Source: Camelus ferus
Lineage: Eukaryota
Length of the DNA: 64,000 bases
Assembly: GCF_009834535.1 (NCBI RefSeq)
Contig: NC_045707.1
Span: 46,192,001 to 46,256,000 of the forward strand
Reading direction: 5' to 3'
The notes under the pieces are model-generated. The model was not told the origin of the DNA, searched no databases, and was given only the letters and a program-made list of their open reading frames with translations. The position numbers and the translations under genes were made by a program. Numbering within the stretch: position 1 is the first letter of the stretch; each line of letters opens with the position of its first letter. Shown here one piece after another: positions 60,441-64,000 of this stretch.

Positions 60441-63400
60441 GATTTAATCTCTTAAAAAGATAATTTTATTTGACACAAGGAAGTCAGAGTTTTTATATTG
60501 ATTGTCCTCAGCTGAAGGTCCAAAACGACTTCAAAGTAAGGTTGTTTTTCCATACTAGGAATAAATACCAAAACGTTGACTGAAGGCTCTTTTCATGGAT
60601 GTTAAAAGTTTTTTTCTTTAAATAAAATGCTGTTTGGAATTTTGGTAGAACTATAAGCAGCTTTTTATTTCTAATTGCTATTGGGTGATGATACTGCTGG
60701 ATTATATTAGCAAAAAATAAAATTGCTCAAAGGAAACAACTTCAGTATTGCAAAAAGGAAAATAGATCAGTTTTCCTTTACTCCCTCAAAACTTAGGTGT
60801 GTTATTTCTGAGCCCTGTCTGATGGCTAGTAGTGTTCTGATCCATTTACAACAAAATTCTGTACTACAGATCATCCAGTACATATGCCCCCCACCCCTGG
60901 TTGCCCCCTCCTCCTTCTTTGTTACAGTACCAAAAACAAAGCCCTGGCCTGCAGAGAACAAATTATGAGGCTTAGGTTTGCTTTGGGAATGTACTTTAGG
61001 CCCCGAGTACCAAATGGTATTTCCTGGCTCAGTCTCACATAGCATCTTTTCAAAGGGCACAGGCCACGTTGTGACCCTTGTGTAGCTTTCTCTGGGTGCC
61101 CTGGGAAAGGGGGATAGAAGCAGCTGTGCCAGTTTATGAACTCGGTGTATTTGACAACATGCCTCCAGTTACACGTGGGAGTGAGAGTCTAGTGTTCATC
61201 TCCAGGCAGGATGACACATCTACCAGCTTTAGATTAAAGATCACCTATCTCTTTTTGTTATGAGTCACGTTATGATAGGGGCATGGAAAATATAGGTGGA
61301 GTAGCAATAATACCCAAAAGTCTGAAAAAAAAAAAAGGAGGGAAAAGCAAAAAAAGCTCATTACCAAGCCTAACAGTTACTCTAAGTTTGGGTTCTGAAC
61401 TTCCTAGTGTCCAAGGCAAAAAGGGAAACAGAATTGTTGATATCTAGTAGACAGCCCTATCATAGTCACTATTATAGCCACTTTATGTATTGATCCAAGA
61501 AGCTATACTTTAGGAGACAAATACTTTCCCTTTTGTGTAGGGCACCTATAATGAACAAAGCATGAATTGAAATGAAAAGTTAACTTGGGTATGTATTTAG
61601 GCTGTTGCTTTTAAAAACAGGCATAGGGCCAAGTGAGATCTCCAAGGAGTCTTGCACATCTGAAAGTAACTTCTGTTGCAGGTCACGGCCTTTCATGCAG
61701 AGTTATCCATCGCTATGTGTCCGAGAGACACTCGGTGCCCCTCAAAGACCTCGTTCAGATTGGAGATGCCGAAAGACAGCAGGATAGGCCTAGATTTGCT
61801 ATCCTTCAGAAGCTTAGCTTAATTTAAACACATGGCCCTCCCAAGAACACCCACCCACTGTGTTTGGGAGTAGGAGAGGTGGTGAATAAATGCTCTGGGA
61901 GAAGGAGAAGGCTGGGCCCTAGCCCTGGGATGGAGACAGCCTACAGGCCAGGCTGCCAGGACCGGCCGTTCTTCTCTGCCCACTGGCGAAGTCCTTGGAG
62001 ATCCATTTTTTGTCCTTTAGAGCTGCCTCTACTCCATCAGTTCCTTGGGTTGGTTCTCTTGGAGCAGAATGGGGTCCTCCCACCTCCCTGCCTCTCCCTT
62101 GGCCCTCAAGGCAGATGGTCAGGTCCCTTTCAGGGAAGATGTTGCTGACAGACACTGCCAGCAACTGGTGGGGAATACCTATGGGTGGGAAAGATTCTAG
62201 AACTCCTCAGAAGCTGTTAGGTTGGTGCCCAGGGGTTCTCACTCATCCCTTCCCTCAGTTTGTTCTGAGTATAGGAACTAAAAGCCTCAATGACATTTAT
62301 CGTGCATTTAGTCTTAAAATCAGGGCTTCCTGTTTCCTCTTCTGCAGAACTCACCATCCCACATCTCTCCACAAGGAGGAACTCTGAACCCTTCCTTCGA
62401 GAAGCCTGAGTTTTTGGTAGGGGTGAGGGGTTGGTGTTTAGTGCTCACTTCCCTGTTGTAAACTTATGTGCTTTTGAGGTATGTAGGAGCCCCAGAGACC
62501 CCCTCCTCTTCTTAGCAGCACCCTCTTTGGGTGTCACTTAACATGCCTCTGCGGTTCCCTTGCTGGGGGACTGTGGCTGTCTGTTAGCTGCAAGTGGTAC
62601 CCAACAGAGATAGGTTTTTCATTAGCATAGACTTCCCCTTCTGCTCTTCAAGGCCAGTCTGTTTTAATTGGGCCTTTCCACTCTCCCTTGAATTTAATTC
62701 TTATGTAAATTATGAATTATACAGTAAATCTTTACCAGGTAAGACTAATGTTGTAAGGGGTTAATTTGCATTAATTGGAAGCTCTTTTGAAGCAATATGT
62801 ATTTTTGTGGTGTATGTAACTCAAAGTAGGTTACCTACCATTGTTGCCTGGTAGAGGCTTAGTGAGAAGATAATTATTTCTAATTACAGTATCAAGTGTT
62901 TGTAAGTGCTTGAAGATATTTGAAGGATTTGTTTTTGGGAACCTTGAACGCTTTGCCTGGTCTCCCTCACACTGTTACTCAGCAGTGTCTGTGGATAAAG
63001 GTTTGGGCTATCACAAGTACGTGTATTCCAGCCCCTGTTCCACATGATCCTTGATTCCAGATTTGCTTTACCTGCAGTCAAGAAATAGAACTTTTGACGC
63101 TACAGGTTTTCTTTTGTCAGTGATACTGAGAGGAAGAGGTGGGGAGAAATAAAACCTTTCTGGTACAACTAGTGACTCAATTCCCGTTCTGTACACCATG
63201 AACTTATTTGAAGTTCAGAATGTGCCATTGTCAGACTTGAACTACGAAAGGAAGTGTTCTTTGTATAAACAAATTAGAGCAAACATTATACTAAGACACT
63301 TTACTCAGAACACATCCTTTTGGATGCCACGTGAAGATCTTTAAGGTTTTTCATGTCTAGTGTGTAGTGGGGGAAAGTGGCTTTCTTCTCGAATATAGGT

Positions 63401-64000
63401 CTTGAATATTCTGTATAGGTAACCACATGAATATAGTAATTACATCTTGATAAAGTGCTTATTGAACCTTCAGAGTTATTTTTCCAGGACGGATTGGCTC
63501 AGTTAGCAAGAAAAACAAGTGTTTGATGCTCTGGTCCAGTAATTTGGTTAACTTCCTTAGGTTCCATATTCACTGAGTAGCTAGACAGTTTGCAAGTGCT
63601 TATCAAGTGAGCAAGGAGAGAAGATGGCTTGGTTGTAGTATATGTATTACCAATAAGAGAGTCATCTAAACCTCATGTTCTTCTGATGGAACATCATAAG
63701 GTCCCCCCTTCAAGGCATGCTGAGCAGGGCTGTGTGTTCTCCACTCTGTCACCCAGCCTGGGGAAGGCCGTCTTCCCTTCTCTCCAGGCAAATCCATGGC
63801 TTATCTGCTGAGTGCCTGTTCGCACAAGCGTCCAGACATCAGCCCCTCTCTGGTGAGGCCCTAGCATCCTCTCTGTAGGTCCCTTACCTGGCTTACTTTC
63901 CTGATTTTTACCTTCTGTTTCTCTCCTTCTCCTTCTCTTTGTGGTTGTAAATGCTTGGGCATAATTCTGATAAAAAGCAACGGGTTTTTTATCCTCGTAA

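Larger units (their letters stand above)
14205..64000 (+). other. TMCC3: TMCC3 intron 1 (partial, more than 49.7 kb; extends beyond the window)
   Basis: GT donor at 14205. No ORF in the track resembles the large second exon (VERHDMNTLSLPLNIRRGGSD...). Confidence 0.8.

Noticed and set aside
14205..64000. Further TMCC3 coding exons, nested genes, processed pseudogenes or miRNA/snoRNA genes in the intron
   Set aside because: None recognised by eye or in the ORF track. Small RNA genes cannot be fully excluded without an Infernal/Rfam search.

Overview
Mammalian genomic DNA, very probably camelid, because it carries Vic-1-type tRNA-Ala-derived SINEs. The only protein-coding sequence I can support is the 78-nt first coding exon of TMCC3 (14127-14204, + strand), which sits in a CpG-island promoter. 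It is followed by more than 49 kb of intron 1, and exon 2 is not in the window. The rest is upstream or intronic DNA full of L1, L2, MIR, MaLR/ERV LTRs, Tigger/hAT fossils and microsatellites. Almost all ORFs in the supplied track are spurious or repeat-derived. The most unusual structures are: a gap-free 160-bp inverted duplication (150/160 identical) spanning 2.1 kb of the intron; a candidate internal promoter and alternative first exon near 43.85-44.23 kb; a four-element nested LTR/L1 stack at 32.6-34.9 kb; and a small template-switch scar inside an L1. I found no evidence of a novel multi-gene system. Gene and repeat names come from recalled sequences, not database searches, and boundaries of old repeats are approximate.
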